This document shows positions 62,625 through 64,000 of a stretch of DNA of 64,000 bases, in pieces (position 1 is the first letter of the stretch; every line of letters starts with the position of its first letter). Location of the stretch: NCBI GenBank assembly GCA_965645245.1, contig OZ287080.1:930001-994000 (forward strand), read 5' to 3'. The notes beneath the pieces were generated by a model. That model did not search any database. It was given only the letters and a program-made list of their open reading frames with translations, and had not been told where the DNA came from. This stretch comes from Massalongia carnosa (taxonomy: Eukaryota). The position numbers and the translations under genes were made by a program.

Positions 62625-64000
62625 GATAATGATGATGATGATGTATTCATACTCCGATATGACACCGGCCGTAGGCCGGCCCATGCGGGCAAAGCTATCT
62701 AAGTTATGTTACATGGAAAACCTTTCACAGGTGTAAAAACCATGTCCCTTGATACCCGTCCGATGTGACTACGGGTCGACGTCGGGCGGGAGACGCAGTG
62801 CAAAAGACGTGTGGGAACTGTAATGCCTTGTGAAAAGAGAAGAAAGAAAGAAAGGTTCAACTATTGTTGATTTTACAATAATGTTGATGCTAGTGAGAAT
62901 TGATTCAATAAGCCTGTTTTCATTAGCCAAGCAGTTAGTATCTTCAGAGTTTTTGATGATTTGGTCAGCTGCTGATAGTCGCTCGTGCCGGCGGCGCGAA
63001 ACATCTGTTCTCTATTGTCAATAAGTCTGCAGAACATGATTACATGTTCTGGAGTTTGTCTGTGCCAGCCACATGAGCAGGCCGGTGAGGTGACGGAGGG
63101 CACCCGTCGCTTGTAGAGGAAGTCAGCTAATCCGATCTTGCCAGTGCGGATTTGTGCTGTTAGAGCGCTTTCTGTCTTTTTTAGCTGCGTGTGTATTTTC
63201 AGCCGTTTTTTGCTCAGTGGGACTGATTGTGCTATGGAGGGTTCGATGACGCGATTTTGATTATGCGCACCACGAGTCGTTCCAGACCTTCATTTGTCGT
63301 GCTTTGATTGTTTGCATCTGCTTGTGTCGGACCGTTGCCGCAACGGTAGCTTCGCGGTGCCACGCCGGGTAGACTTCGAACCATGATGGGTGTGCCTTTG
63401 GTGGTTGAACTATTTTTGAGTCGATCAGTAGGCTTTTGGCCCAGATGTGTTTCAGCTCTCCCGGGGTGGGCTTTTGAAGTCGTTTGCGACCTGCCTTGCC
63501 TCGAAGTTTGTCAGCTATTTTGTTGCATGCGGAGGAGATGATCTTCAATTGGCCTCCGGCTCGGAGCCGGTGCCTTGCCTGTGCTTGTAGCATGTCGAGA
63601 TGCGTGTCTATCGGCGCTATGAATGTCTCTGCTTCTAGTACTGAGATGGGAGTGGCTTTAAAGGCACCGGCTATGGTGCGAAGGCAATTGTTTTGCATGA
63701 CGGAGAGCTTGCTCGTTGACGTTTTTGACTTTTTGACTTCTTTGGGCATGTGCCATACGGTTGACCCATATGTCATGGCCGGACGCACCACGGCACTGTA
63801 AACCTGCCTTGCCTTGGCGAAGGTGGCACCCCAGGTTGATGTGGAAATTTTTGTCAATGCCATGGATTGTTTGACCATTTTCTCTTGCGTTTTGCGAACG
63901 TGCGGTCCCCATTTCAATTTGGTGTCGATTTGTAGGCCCAATACTCTGATGTCCATTTTAGGTTCAATTTCGGTGCTAGCAACATTGATGGATGCAGTCA
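62625..64000 (-). mobile_element. LINE-B 3' part (end of RT, Cys/His motif, 3' UTR, (CAT)n tail); continues beyond the window
   Basis: VLGLQIDTKLKWGPH, LRTIAGAFKATP, QIRTGKIGLADFL, CSCGW..QTPEHVIMFC; 1-nt frameshift near 63261; no RNase H motifs. Confidence 0.9.

Overview
Eukaryotic (filamentous ascomycete, Pezizomycotina-like) DNA in two compartments. 1-24.5 kb is an AT-rich nest of transposons: ten copies of an RNase H-bearing Tad-like LINE (one full length, 7934-15852) inserted into each other and into piggyBac and Fot1/pogo relics, mini and solo LTRs, hAT-type MITEs, a second LINE family with (CAT)n tails and a chromovirus 3' end, with RIP-like C>T/G>A damage. 24.5-61 kb is a gene-dense block of intron-containing housekeeping genes (transportin KAP104, auxin-efflux-carrier family transporter, PBS2, Zn2Cys6 TF, UCH37-like, SPRY Ssh4/Ear1-like, class II PDE, Sac-domain phosphatase, NIPA Mg transporter, acidic DUF2420-like protein, delta-COP) with a near-intact Mutator element and two Tc1-like elements. 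The most unusual observation: both Tc1-like (DD37/38E) elements have CACGCGGGTGACAA termini and different 5-bp target duplications (GGGCG, CTAGC) rather than the TA typical of IS630/Tc1/mariner. Gene names and exon limits come from motif recognition by eye, not database searches.
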